A stretch of DNA of 64,000 bases from Verrucomicrobiota bacterium (lineage in GTDB: Bacteria; Verrucomicrobiota; Verrucomicrobiia; Limisphaerales; JADLHS01). Shown one piece after another: positions 1 to 9,705 of this stretch. The notes beneath the pieces are model-generated. The model saw only the letters and a list, made by a program, of their open reading frames with translations, had not been told where the DNA came from and did no database searches. Location: positions 337,174 through 401,173 of the forward strand of contig JAKQDQ010000178.1 in NCBI GenBank assembly GCA_029573725.1, read 5' to 3'. Each line of letters starts with the position of its first letter. The first letter of the stretch is position 1. The position numbers and the translations under genes are program-made.

Positions 1-249
1 GGATCGCCTTCCAATCATGCCCCCAACTCTGCTCCCGCTCTGTTGGTTTTGTCGAGTTCTTCCCGCGCGCTGCGTCATTGGACACCGCGCACAGCGGCAC
101 GAGCCGGGGCGGGACGTCGGTCGCTGATCCGGCGTGGTCTGGGTCGCGCAGTTTGTCGCCTCGGGCGGGCAGGAGGCGCTCTGGATTCAGCGGCGATGAA
201 CTGCGCCGGCCGCGTGCGGCCGCCGCCCCCACATTTTGCGTTCACGACA

Positions 250-278
250 TTGACTCGCTTCCCGCGCTTGGCTAAGGT
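250..278 (+). promoter_or_regulatory. candidate sigma70-like promoter upstream of recA
   Basis: TTGACT (250-255), 17-nt spacer, TAAGGT (273-278), about 48 nt upstream of the recA ATG. Motif match by eye only. Confidence 0.25.
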
Positions 279-325
279 CGCCACCGGTAAGAAACGAGTC
301 ATCAACCACGGTTTTACCCTCATTT

Positions 326-1432
326 ATGCCACCCAAAACCACTGATAAATCGGTCGCAGAAGCCAGAGCATCCGATGCGGCCAGACAGGCGGCCACGCGC
401 TCGCGGGAACTGGATGCCGCGATTTCCACCATCACCAAAAGTTACGGGGAAGGCGCCATCATGCGCCTGGGTTCGGCGCAGGCACTGAAAAAAATCGAGG
501 TCATTCCCACCGGTGCGCTCGCCGTGGATCTGGCGCTGGGGGTGGGCGGTGTGCCGCGCGGCCGGGTCGTGGAAATTTTCGGTCCGGAATCCTCCGGCAA
601 AACCACCCTGATGCTGCACGTCATCGCCAATGCGCAACAGGCCGGCGGTCTGGCCGCCTTTATTGATGCGGAGCACGCGCTGGACCCCGCCTACGCCAAG
701 AAGCTGGGAGTAAACCTTGACGATTTGCTGGTTTCGCAACCGGACTCTGGCGAGGAGGCTCTGACTATTTGCGAAACGCTGGCCCGCTCCAATGCGCTGG
801 ACGTCATCGTGGTGGACTCCGTGGCGGCGTTGGTGCCCAAGGCGGAATTGGAGGGGGACATGGGGATGGCCACGATGGGCATGCAGGCGCGGCTGATGTC
901 GCAGGCGCTGCGCAAGCTCACGGCGATTCTGAACAAATCCCGGACCACCTGCGTGTTCACCAATCAACTGCGTGAAAAGGTCGGCGTGATGTTTGGCAAT
1001 CCCGAAACCACCCCGGGCGGCAAGGCCTTGAAATTTTATGCCAGCGTGCGCATGGACATCCGGCGCAAAGACACCCTCAAAGATGCGACGGGCGCCGCGA
1101 TCGGCAACCACGTGAAGGTGAAGATTGTGAAGAACAAGGTGGCGCCGCCGTTTGCCGAGGCCGAGTTCGACATCATTTACAATCACGGCATTGACAAGGA
1201 GGGCAGCATTCTCGACATGGGCATTGACACCGGCGCCTTGGACAAGCGCGGTGCGTGGATTCAATTCGAAGGCGAACTCGTGGGGCAGGGCCGTGACGCC
1301 GCCAAAAAGGCCCTGATCGAGAAACCAGAACTCGCGCAAAAAATCGTGGCCGCCATCCTTGCCAAAAAGAATCCCGAGCCGGTCCCGGCCAAGCCGGAGA
1401 AGGGCGACAAGGCGGAGAAAGCCGAGAAATAA
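326..1432 (+). CDS. recA: recombinase RecA
   Basis: 368-aa ORF with ATG start. Walker [10 protein letters not shown]. Full-length RecA-like sequence ([51 protein letters not shown]). Confidence 0.97.
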   Translation: MPPKTTDKSVAEARASDAARQAATRSRELDAAISTITKSYGEGAIMRLGSAQALKKIEVIPTGALAVDLALGVGGVPRGRVVEIFGPESSGKTTLMLHVIANAQQAGGLAAFIDAEHALDPAYAKKLGVNLDDLLVSQPDSGEEALTICETLARSNALDVIVVDSVAALVPKAELEGDMGMATMGMQARLMSQALRKLTAILNKSRTTCVFTNQLREKVGVMFGNPETTPGGKALKFYASVRMDIRRKDTLKDATGAAIGNHVKVKIVKNKVAPPFAEAEFDIIYNHGIDKEGSILDMGIDTGALDKRGAWIQFEGELVGQGRDAAKKALIEKPELAQKIVAAILAKKNPEPVPAKPEKGDKAEKAEK

Positions 1433-1574
1433 TTCCTGCGTCAAGGCTTTCGGCCGGTGCAACGCCGGCCTGTATGGCCGCGGTTAACCGGGCGCGGTAG
1501 GAAGGCTGAAGCCCGGCCGGAGCGGCGGCCTCCGGTGGCGGCGCCCCGGCTCGCCGTCGCGCCACGGGCTTCCC

Positions 1575-4500
1575 TCAATGCGCTTGTTGCGCTTCCGGTT
1601 CGGGGGAGAATTTCTCCGGTTCGGACTTGGGGTTGCCGCTGGAGAAAAGGTTGCCCAGGGTTTGAAACGGACTGAAGGGCACCAGCAGGAGCCGTGGGAT
1701 ATAGACCGGTTCCGAGCGGGGATGTTGCATCGTGCCGGTGAGCTGATATGCGAACAAATGGGCGACCGGCGACAGGATGGTGCTGACCAGGGAGCCGACC
1801 ACCGGCGTGTCGCGCAACGGCTCGGCAATCACGCGCGCATCCAGGTTGCCGTCGAAATCCACGACGCCCCGGTATTTCAACCGCATCATGCTGGAACGCA
1901 TTTGCAGATCGGAGGAGGCAATCAATCCGTTGCTGAAGCTGAAACTGCCCTTTGCCTCGGTGAATTGGCTGTTCCCGACCCCGGGGATCAACGCATCCAG
2001 CGGCTCGGAGAGGATTCCGAAAATGGGCAGTTCCCAAAGCAATCCGTCGCGCAAAACCGCGTCCCCAGATCCGGCCCAGGTATTGACGCTTTTGGTGTTT
2101 GCGTTGGTGATCGTCAATCCGCCCGCCAGCCGGCCTTCCAGGTGATTGGGTTGCCCGGTCAATGCGGTGACCAGGGCGGGCAGATGCGTGTTGGTGGTGT
2201 GGAGGGCGAAGGCGTAACTGGCTGCGCCTGGCTCGTCAAAGACAAAACGCGCCCAGCCCTCGGCGGCGCCCCCATAGAATTCTCCGGCCACATTGGTGAC
2301 GATCAACGTATCTCCTGCCCAGATCACCCGGGCCTGGTAATTGGACGTTTGGAGATTCAGGGCGGAAAAATGCTTCCCGGTCCCCTCAAACACCAGATAC
2401 GCATCGTCAGGATCGTGCATGGGCGCATGGCCGGAAACATGCGCCACCGGCGGCTCACCGAAATGATAGGGCGACAACGCATGTTCGACGACGGGCCCGA
2501 TTACATGGACGATGTTGCTCGGTGCGAAGGTGCTGAACGCGTTGGTGAAATAAACCCGCGCTGCGTGGAAATCAGCCACCACGGCTTCGGCAGTGGCGTA
2601 TTGCGCACCGCTCCAGAGACGCGGCTCCACGCAGGTTACCACCAGATTGGTGTATTCCAGCCCGGTGACGGCAGCGTCGGCAATCCGGCCCCGAAACGCG
2701 ACATTGGTCAAGGCAATCCGGCCCCGAAACCCGGAACGGCTGTAATCATACCAGCGTCCCCACAGCTCGCCTTCCACGGTGGGGGGCTGCCCAAATTCAC
2801 AGAAGCCCAGACCGCGCTGGATTTCGGGCTCCAGCGCGGGAAGCAGGGCCATGGGGTCCAGAGTGCTGCGCAGGCGGCAATAATAGTCGCGGGTGGCGTT
2901 GTCGGCTTCCAGTGCCAGCTGCAATCCGCCTTCGGGCCGGCCGATGACGAGATCGGGCAGACGCCAGACGCGATTCGAGAACGAAAAATGCGTGCTGGCC
3001 CAATCGGCATGAATTCCACGGTAGGTGCCGTTCGTCACCGTGGTCCGGCCGGTCAGTCGCAGCGAAGTGGCCATTTCGTGCCGCCAGTCGGGACTGGCGT
3101 TGGTCCAGGCGGGCAACGTCACGGTCAGTTCGCCCTGTAATCGGGGGGCCTGTGCCCAGGTGAATTTTCCCAGCCACTGTTGCGCCGCCGCGGGCAGCAG
3201 CGGCAGGATGGCGAACGGATCGAAATCCGAGGCCGCTTGGGCGGTCACCTCCCGTGTCAGGACATTCAATTGCGCCGTGCTGGTCAGGCTGCCTTCGTAG
3301 AGCTGCGCCTGCAGCTGGGCGATGGAAAGGGTCGGTGCGCGCCAGGCACCGGCCACCTCAAGCTGGTCGGCCTGGAGCAGCACGGATCGCAAGCGGCCGA
3401 TGCGCCCGTTCCATTGAATGGCATAAGGCAGGAGCCGGTTCCAATAGCTGAGCCCCGCTTCCGTTTCGACCGGTCCGGCCCGCGGCTCCAAGCCCACGGC
3501 AACGTGGACATCCAGCGCGTGCGTCAGCCACGAACTCACCCGGCCGGCATGTGATTCCATTTCCAACTGTCGCGGGAAAAGGTTCGTGCGGTCCTGCACC
3601 CAGCCGGCTTTCAGTTGCCAGTCGCGCACCCCGGCCCAGCGGGTTTCCGCCGCCCCGGCGCGCAAGGTCAGGTGACTGTGGATTTGATCCGGCTGCTCAA
3701 GCGTGGTTTCGAGGCGCAACGCCAGTTCCAGATTCGTGGCGCGCGCCCATTTCGTTTCGGCCTGATCCGCGCGCAAGTGGACCTCGAGGCGCGATTGCTC
3801 ATTGCTGCCCGGGGGGGATAATCGTGTCAGCAGCAGCAAATTTTCGCCGGTACCCCATGGCGTTGCGGCGGCGGACGCTTTGACGCTCAGCCGCGCGTCG
3901 AACGACCGCCACCGGGCCGCATCGCCGGCAACATCCAGACGGAATTCGGGCGGCGCGGCAAACTGGATCTGCCCGAGGAGGTTGGCGAGTTGTTCCAGAC
4001 GGGCCAGATCGAACCGGGCGCGCCGTTTTGCGTCCGGCGGCAGACCGCCGGGGGTCGGGGTCTGGCGGCGATGTTTGAACAGGGCCGGCACGTTGGTCAC
4101 CACGCCATGAGCATAAAAGTTGACGCCGCCAAATTGGGCGCGGAAATCGTCCAGCGCCCAGCGTTCGTGCGCCTGCAACCGGAGATTGGATTCGATGTTG
4201 CTGATGGTCAGGGTTCGCGGCGCTCCGTTGGTGGCGGGCAGCGTCCATTCCAGCCGGCCCCGGCGCAGGATGAGCGAATCCAGCTGCAGCTGGCCTTCGA
4301 GCAGGGCGCGAAGCTGAAAGTTGAATTCCAGTTCCTGGGCGGTGAAGTGTGGCAGCGCGGGATTATGGATGGCGGTACTGGCGCCGAAACGAACCTGCTC
4401 GGCGATGAATCCGCGCGACCAGTGCAGGCGCAGGGTGCGAAACTCCACGTCCAAACCGGTTTTTTGGAGCTGTGCGAGCAGGGGGCGCTTTACAAAGTCC

Positions 4501-4640
4501 GGCAACCCGGCCTGGTTGAGATAGATCAGCGCCGCCAGAATGACGAAGATCAACAACCAGACGACGATGCGGAAGCCGCGAAAATAAATCCGCAGCCGGC
4601 GCCAGAAACCGCGGGCTTTGGCCTTGGACGGCGCGGGCAT
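1575..4640 (-). CDS. giant AsmA/TamB-like envelope protein with N-terminal membrane anchor
   Basis: The ORF is open to 4676, but the ATG at 4640 lies 1 nt after the upstream stop. N-terminal TM helix IVVWLLIFVILAALIYL, ~1000-aa body, and a C-terminal segment (GSFSFSNGLIASSDLQMRS...KYRGVVDFDGNLD) resembling the AsmA-family C-terminal region. Family assignment from memory, not a search. Confidence 0.5.
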   Translation of the reverse strand: MPAPSKAKARGFWRRLRIYFRGFRIVVWLLIFVILAALIYLNQAGLPDFVKRPLLAQLQKTGLDVEFRTLRLHWSRGFIAEQVRFGASTAIHNPALPHFTAQELEFNFQLRALLEGQLQLDSLILRRGRLEWTLPATNGAPRTLTISNIESNLRLQAHERWALDDFRAQFGGVNFYAHGVVTNVPALFKHRRQTPTPGGLPPDAKRRARFDLARLEQLANLLGQIQFAAPPEFRLDVAGDAARWRSFDARLSVKASAAATPWGTGENLLLLTRLSPPGSNEQSRLEVHLRADQAETKWARATNLELALRLETTLEQPDQIHSHLTLRAGAAETRWAGVRDWQLKAGWVQDRTNLFPRQLEMESHAGRVSSWLTHALDVHVAVGLEPRAGPVETEAGLSYWNRLLPYAIQWNGRIGRLRSVLLQADQLEVAGAWRAPTLSIAQLQAQLYEGSLTSTAQLNVLTREVTAQAASDFDPFAILPLLPAAAQQWLGKFTWAQAPRLQGELTVTLPAWTNASPDWRHEMATSLRLTGRTTVTNGTYRGIHADWASTHFSFSNRVWRLPDLVIGRPEGGLQLALEADNATRDYYCRLRSTLDPMALLPALEPEIQRGLGFCEFGQPPTVEGELWGRWYDYSRSGFRGRIALTNVAFRGRIADAAVTGLEYTNLVVTCVEPRLWSGAQYATAEAVVADFHAARVYFTNAFSTFAPSNIVHVIGPVVEHALSPYHFGEPPVAHVSGHAPMHDPDDAYLVFEGTGKHFSALNLQTSNYQARVIWAGDTLIVTNVAGEFYGGAAEGWARFVFDEPGAASYAFALHTTNTHLPALVTALTGQPNHLEGRLAGGLTITNANTKSVNTWAGSGDAVLRDGLLWELPIFGILSEPLDALIPGVGNSQFTEAKGSFSFSNGLIASSDLQMRSSMMRLKYRGVVDFDGNLDARVIAEPLRDTPVVGSLVSTILSPVAHLFAYQLTGTMQHPRSEPVYIPRLLLVPFSPFQTLGNLFSSGNPKSEPEKFSPEPEAQQAH

Positions 4641-4641
4641 A

Positions 4642-6423
4642 TCACGGGGGGAAGGCGCCGGCGTTGAGCAACGCAAACTCCATGTATTTGTAAAGCATCA
4701 GCGGAAATTCGAAACACCAGGACTCCCCCTCCAGTTTGAGGGCGGCCACGGGATAGCCATCCGGTGTGGGGCGGCCAAATTCCACCTGGTAGCGCGTTCC
4801 GTTTTTGAGCTCGATGTCCACTTGCAGACTGTTGGTGGTGATGCCGAAGGTCGCGCGGCTGGCATCGCCATGCCCCAGCCACGTCACGGCGTTCAGCGCG
4901 GCAAATTGCTTGATGATATTCTCCACCTCCGAACCGTTGATGTTCCCCGACGGTGGCACACTTGCCCAGGCGTTGGCCCCCGCCCGCCGCAGGTCCAGCT
5001 GGTGTCCGCCCCGCCGCAGGAGCATGCGCACCGCATTGGTTTCGGCAAAGCGCCAGAGGCGGCGCTCACGCAATTGCCAATCGGCCACGGCCAGTTTGCC
5101 GTAATCGGTGTTGCGGAGGGCGTAAACCGGATTTTCATCCGCGCGCCGGACATAAACCAGTCCGTTGGTGGTCGGGGCGCCGAAGGCCAGTTCCGCCGCA
5201 AGCGCATTGGTGCCCGCGGAGGCCACAAACAACCGCAGCACGCGTTGCGGCGTGGCCAGCCCGTAGCGCGACAGATCCTCGGCGGTGATGGAATCCTTGT
5301 ATTGTTGAATGGGGGCCGCCAGCAGGGTCAGCAACAGGTTTGTCACCAGCTCCTGATCCACCGGGAGCGGGCTGCCTTTCAACTGCCAGGTGTTGGTGGG
5401 CGAGACTTGCAGGGTGAACGGGTCGGGCCCGCTGAACTCCACTTCGGTCACCGCCGGCAGCGTGCTGAGCAGGTGCGGATCGCGAAATTCGTTCAGTGAA
5501 ATCAGCCACGGCTGCAAGGCCTGGCGCTCGACGGTGCAGATCGTGGGTTGACCGGCGCGGCGGACATAAATCAGCGTGGAATCGTTTGTGGGGCTTTTGC
5601 CAAACTGCAGGGTCGTCAAGACGTTGGTGTCGCGCGCGAACGTCAGGGTCAGTTCCGGCGTCAGAAAACCGAAGCTTTCGGGATCGGCGGAGGGTTGATC
5701 CGTGACAAACTGCCGCACGCGGGTGGCGTTCAATTGCTGCAAGGCCGCCAGTAATCGTTCGTTGTCCGCGCGCGCCGGAATGGGGAAGGTCAGCCGCCAG
5801 GGCTGGTTGGTGCCCCCTTGCGCCAGCGCCACCACGGCGGCGGCGTTGGAGACCGTCAGCCGGTCAAACGCCGCCGGCGGCAGATCCAGCAAGGCGGTGT
5901 CGCGCCAGTCATCCGGTTTGCCGGGCAGTAAATCGAGCAAGCCGGCGTCCACCACAAAGACGCTCTCGCCACCCACCACCCGCACGTAGACGCCGTCCCC
6001 CGGCGCGGTCCGGTTGCCAAACTGCAGCGGGCGCGTGTCGCGATCTGATTGCAGGGTGAGCATGCGGCGGTTTTGAAAACCAAATTCCTCGTCGACGTTG
6101 GTGTGGCTGCGGAGTTCGGCGCTGGAAATGGTCTGCAACGGCGCCAGGCGCTCCAAGGTGGCCAGCAAAGCTTCGAGGCCCGCCTTCTGGGCCGGGTAGA
6201 CGATGGGTTTGACCAGCTGCCAGACGCCATTGGTGCGATCGGCGCGAATCTCCAGCTGCCCGGGCGGCGTGTATTGCACACTGTTGACGGCGGCGGCGTG
6301 GAAGTTGGGCAACACCGGCACAACTGCGGGCGGCGGTTGGCGCCAGTATTTTTCCACGCCCAGCACCGCGGCGAACAGGATCGCCGCCAGCGTGAACCAG
6401 ACCCAGGTGCTTTTGGTGTTCAT
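4642..6423 (-). CDS. DUF4340-like protein (accessory protein of GldG-type ABC systems)
   Basis: 593 aa, ATG start, N-terminal anchor WVWFTLAAILFAAVLGV. Sits directly downstream of the GldG-like gene, the usual position for DUF4340 proteins. Confidence 0.6.
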   Translation of the reverse strand: MNTKSTWVWFTLAAILFAAVLGVEKYWRQPPPAVVPVLPNFHAAAVNSVQYTPPGQLEIRADRTNGVWQLVKPIVYPAQKAGLEALLATLERLAPLQTISSAELRSHTNVDEEFGFQNRRMLTLQSDRDTRPLQFGNRTAPGDGVYVRVVGGESVFVVDAGLLDLLPGKPDDWRDTALLDLPPAAFDRLTVSNAAAVVALAQGGTNQPWRLTFPIPARADNERLLAALQQLNATRVRQFVTDQPSADPESFGFLTPELTLTFARDTNVLTTLQFGKSPTNDSTLIYVRRAGQPTICTVERQALQPWLISLNEFRDPHLLSTLPAVTEVEFSGPDPFTLQVSPTNTWQLKGSPLPVDQELVTNLLLTLLAAPIQQYKDSITAEDLSRYGLATPQRVLRLFVASAGTNALAAELAFGAPTTNGLVYVRRADENPVYALRNTDYGKLAVADWQLRERRLWRFAETNAVRMLLRRGGHQLDLRRAGANAWASVPPSGNINGSEVENIIKQFAALNAVTWLGHGDASRATFGITTNSLQVDIELKNGTRYQVEFGRPTPDGYPVAALKLEGESWCFEFPLMLYKYMEFALLNAGAFPP

Positions 6424-6435
6424 GTCATGCGATGC

Positions 6436-7938
6436 TCATTTGCGCCGGCGCCACCAGACCAGGGCGCCAAACAGCAGGATGCCCCCCGGCAGGGCGCCCA
6501 GCAACAGCCAACGCAGTTTGACCATTTGCTGTTCGGTCAGCACCACGCGGAATTCAGTGAAAGGTTTCGGCCCGATGCCCTCGGTAAATTGCGGCCGGTC
6601 CAGCAGCCAGTTCACCGCATAGTACGCGAAATCGCGATTGGCCGGGAATTTGTTCAGATGTTCATTCGCCAGAAAGAAGGAATCGCCCACGATGACCATG
6701 CGGGTGCGGCCGCGGGGTGCGATGATGCCCGGTGCGAGCTGCTGTTCCACCGCCACGGCCAGGACAAAGGACTGGGGAGGGATGCGCGGATTGTTCACGA
6801 GCCGCGCGGTCGGTTCCGTGGCAAACAACGTTTGCACGCTGACCGGGTCGGGCGCGGCACGCCGCGGTTCACGTTTCTCGCCCAGCGCGCGTGGCGCCAG
6901 CAGATTGAGCTGGTAATTCAACAAACCCCTGACCACGGGATGTTCGGAAAAGGCGGCAATGGTCACATCGCGCCCCGGTGCCATTTTCAGTGAATTTATC
7001 GCGTGCGCCGGGTCGATCACCACGCTGTCCGTCACCACGACGTGCCACTGTTTCGCCAGCAAGGCTTCGAGGCCGCTGTCCGCTTCGGTGGTGAAGGAAT
7101 TGAACAAGGCAAACAGGCGACCGCCGTCATCCAGGTATTGCCCGATTTTTTTCAGCTCGAGATCGGGAATGGGGCTGCGCGGCCCGGGGATGACCAGCAG
7201 CGCGCAATCGGCGGGGATCGCGTTGGTGCCCGTCAGGGAGAGCGGCTCGACCCTGATCGCATTCTGCTGCAGCAGCGATTTGAAGCCGAGGTAGCCGGTG
7301 ATTTCGTCGCTGCCGTCAATGTTGTGTTCGCCGTGCCCCTGCAAGACGTAGGCTTTCAGTGGTTTGGGATGGGAAACCCACAGCAACATGGCGGTGAACG
7401 CCGTTTCGCCCTTGAATGCCGTGGCGCGCCGCACCAGCTCGCCGGTTTCGCGGTCGCGGCCGATGGTGGTATCGGTCAGGAAGCTGCCGGGCACAAAGCG
7501 GGATTCCGGGCCGGACTTGAAGATGACAAAATTTTTCTCGTCGTCCTTGCTGGACTCGGGCAGATCGAATTCCCGTTTGATCTCCAGCGCGCGGCCGGCG
7601 TCCCGCACGTAATCCACGGTCTCCACGTGCAACCGGGGATTCAACGCCTGGTATTCCCGCAACAAGGCGGCCACGGTGGGGTAGAACTCGTCCTCCCGGT
7701 CGTAGTAAATGGTGATGTGAACGTCGTTGGTGACGGAGGCGATGACGTGGCGCGTGCGTTCGGACAGCTCCACCCGGGTGGCGCGGCTCAGGTACTGGCG
7801 GTGGAAAAACACACCCGCCAACTGGTTGAGCAACGTCAATACCATCACCACGAACAGCGTGCGCAAAGCGAGGTTGAGGCCCACCGACCAGCGGCGGCGC
7901 GGCGTGAAGCTGGGTTGGGGATGCGGGGCGGCGGCCAT
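6436..7938 (-). CDS. GldG-like auxiliary component of an ABC-type transport system
   Basis: TM helices at both ends (TLFVVMVLTLLNQLAG; LLLGALPGGILLFGALVWW) with a large exported middle. The first ATG (7938) is 1 nt after the permease stop; the ORF-track start at 7968 is GTG. Confidence 0.65.
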   Translation of the reverse strand: MAAAPHPQPSFTPRRRWSVGLNLALRTLFVVMVLTLLNQLAGVFFHRQYLSRATRVELSERTRHVIASVTNDVHITIYYDREDEFYPTVAALLREYQALNPRLHVETVDYVRDAGRALEIKREFDLPESSKDDEKNFVIFKSGPESRFVPGSFLTDTTIGRDRETGELVRRATAFKGETAFTAMLLWVSHPKPLKAYVLQGHGEHNIDGSDEITGYLGFKSLLQQNAIRVEPLSLTGTNAIPADCALLVIPGPRSPIPDLELKKIGQYLDDGGRLFALFNSFTTEADSGLEALLAKQWHVVVTDSVVIDPAHAINSLKMAPGRDVTIAAFSEHPVVRGLLNYQLNLLAPRALGEKREPRRAAPDPVSVQTLFATEPTARLVNNPRIPPQSFVLAVAVEQQLAPGIIAPRGRTRMVIVGDSFFLANEHLNKFPANRDFAYYAVNWLLDRPQFTEGIGPKPFTEFRVVLTEQQMVKLRWLLLGALPGGILLFGALVWWRRRK

Positions 7939-7939
7939 G

Positions 7940-8692
7940 TTATTTCCAGCGGCGACTTTCCACCACACGCAACGTGAGGAACAGGAAGAGGAACGCCAGG
8001 CTCAACAGCACGACGACCGTGCGTGTGTCAATCACGCCGTGCGCGAATTCCCGCATTTGTTCAAAGAAGCAGAAACGGCTCAACACCTGGTTCCGCCACG
8101 GGCCGCTCACAAAACCCGGGCCGGCCACGTAGCCCAGCGCAAACACCGCCATGCCCAGCAACATGCTGAGCATGGCCGCCACCATCTGGTTTACCGTCAG
8201 TGCCGAGGCGCAGGCGCCGAATGAAATGAAGAAGGCGCCGAAGAGGCCGATGCCCAGGTACGTGCCCAGCAACACCCCCGGATCCAGCGCGCCCGCCTGT
8301 TGGGCGTAATGTTGAATCAGATAGCAACAGCCCAGAAAGGGCAGCCACATGATCATGTAAAAGAGCCAGGCCGCGGTGAATTTGGCCGCCACGACCTGCA
8401 GGTCTCCCACCGGGGTGGTCATGAGCGTCTCGTATGTTCCGGAGTATTTCTCCTGGGCAAACAGCCGCATCGTGATGACGGCGTTGGCAATCAACAGGAT
8501 GAACCAGAACATCGGGTTCTGAAAAAACAGCTCCGTGACCGGCACCTGAAAGGGCATTGTGCCCATCGTGCGCAGCATCACCCAGAAGCTCAGGCCGCAG
8601 AGCAGCGCCACCGCCGCAATCGTGACATAGCCGGTGAGCGAGACGAAATACGTCGCCAGTTCACGACGGGTCAGGGTGAGATAGACACGCAT
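7940..8692 (-). CDS. ABC-2 type transporter permease
   Basis: Polytopic membrane protein starting MRVYLTLTRRELATYFVSLTGY. Its ATG overlaps the ATPase stop as ATGA at 8692. The 74-aa N-terminal extension in the ORF track is rejected. Confidence 0.75.
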   Translation of the reverse strand: MRVYLTLTRRELATYFVSLTGYVTIAAVALLCGLSFWVMLRTMGTMPFQVPVTELFFQNPMFWFILLIANAVITMRLFAQEKYSGTYETLMTTPVGDLQVVAAKFTAAWLFYMIMWLPFLGCCYLIQHYAQQAGALDPGVLLGTYLGIGLFGAFFISFGACASALTVNQMVAAMLSMLLGMAVFALGYVAGPGFVSGPWRNQVLSRFCFFEQMREFAHGVIDTRTVVVLLSLAFLFLFLTLRVVESRRWK

Positions 8693-9654
8693 CAGAATTC
8701 CTCCTCCTCGTTGGGCTTGGTGACCTGCATGTAAATGTCTTCCAGGGAATGGCGGCTGCGCGTCAGCTCGCGCAATTGCCAGCCGCGCGCCTGGACCAGC
8801 GCGAAAATCTGCGGGCGCAGATCGAACCCGGCCCGCGCGGTCAGCGCGCAACGTTGAAACACCCCCTCTGCCGGCGCCACTTCGTAGTGTTCCACCTCCC
8901 CCATGCGCGCCCATTCCAGCTTCAATTCCTCGGGCGGTGCGGCAATTTCCGCGACGATTTGTCCCCGGCCGGCGACGAGCCGCTGCAGATTCTCTGGTGT
9001 GTCGGAGGCCAGAATCCGCCCGCGCAGCATGATCATGACCCGGCTGCAGGTCATTTCGACCTCGTGCAGAATGTGCGAGGAGATCAACACCGTGTGGCTG
9101 CCGGCCAGATTTTTGATGAGCTGCCGCACCAGGCGAATTTGGTGCGGATCCAGGCCAATGGTGGGTTCGTCGAGGATGATCAAGTCCGGTTCATGAATCA
9201 GGGCATCCGCCAGCCCGACCCGTTGCCGGTAACCCTTGGAAAGCTGACCGATGATCCGTTTGCGCACGTCCGTCAGGCTGCACTGTTCCAGCACCACATC
9301 AAGACGCTCGCGGGTTGCAGTGCGGTTCAGGCCTTTCAGGCGCGCGCGAAATTTGAGGTATTCGCGCACGCGCATTTCGTTGTGCAGCGGATTGTTCTCC
9401 GGCATGTAGCCGATGCGCCGGCGCACCTCCTTGGAGTGGTGAAAGACGTCGTAACCCGCCACCCGGGCGGTACCGGAGGTGGCCGGCATGAAGCCCGCCA
9501 GAATCCGCATCGTGGTGCTCTTGCCCGCGCCGTTGTCCCCCAGCAGGCCCACAATCTCGCCACGCGCCACGGAAAACGAAATGTCCGCCAAAGCGGTGCG
9601 ACCGGCGTAACGCTTGGTGAGCCGATGAACTTCGATCATGGGAGTGACATCCAT
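8692..9654 (-). CDS. ABC transporter ATP-binding protein
   Basis: Walker A GDNGAGKST, signature LSKGYRQRV, Walker B LIILDEPT. Confidence 0.9.
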   Translation of the reverse strand: MDVTPMIEVHRLTKRYAGRTALADISFSVARGEIVGLLGDNGAGKSTTMRILAGFMPATSGTARVAGYDVFHHSKEVRRRIGYMPENNPLHNEMRVREYLKFRARLKGLNRTATRERLDVVLEQCSLTDVRKRIIGQLSKGYRQRVGLADALIHEPDLIILDEPTIGLDPHQIRLVRQLIKNLAGSHTVLISSHILHEVEMTCSRVMIMLRGRILASDTPENLQRLVAGRGQIVAEIAAPPEELKLEWARMGEVEHYEVAPAEGVFQRCALTARAGFDLRPQIFALVQARGWQLRELTRSRHSLEDIYMQVTKPNEEEEF

Positions 9655-9705
9655 TGCGCGTGAAACAGTCTATTCAGGCGTTGCCGGTACCGCGATGAAA
9701 ATTCC

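Noticed and set aside
1-325. LexA/SOS box upstream of recA
   Set aside because: I could find neither a CTGT-N8-ACAG-type palindrome nor a TGTTC-N4-GAACA-type palindrome by eye in the 325 bp available, so no operator is claimed. The region may also contain the end of an upstream gene that I cannot assign.
320-1462. 380-aa ORF antisense to recA
   Set aside because: It exactly shadows a gene with unmistakable RecA motifs. Its Arg/Gly/Ala/His-rich composition with no motifs is typical of stop-codon-poor antisense frames in GC-rich DNA.
1452-1470. GC stem GGCCGG..CCGGCC after recA as a terminator
   Set aside because: The 6-bp stem is followed by TGTATGG rather than a T-run, which is too weak to call.
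2679-2730. 19-nt direct repeat GGCAATCCGGCCCCGAAAC at 2679-2697 and 2712-2730
   Set aside because: There are only two copies, 33 nt apart and in frame inside the AsmA-like CDS, where they encode FRGRIA twice. This is a small intragenic duplication, not a CRISPR or regulatory array.
1578-3140. 520-aa plus-strand ORF opposite the AsmA-like gene
   Set aside because: It has antisense-shadow composition (G/R/A/Q-rich, no TM segments or motifs). The minus-strand frame has an anchored N-terminus and operon-consistent junctions.
7940-8914. N-terminally extended versions of real genes in the ORF track (also 22412, 38988, 40465, 35973, 27284, 28411, 32991)
   Set aside because: The extensions overlap upstream genes or are Arg/Gly/Pro-rich without function. 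Internal starts give signal peptides, ATGA coupling or canonical family N-termini.
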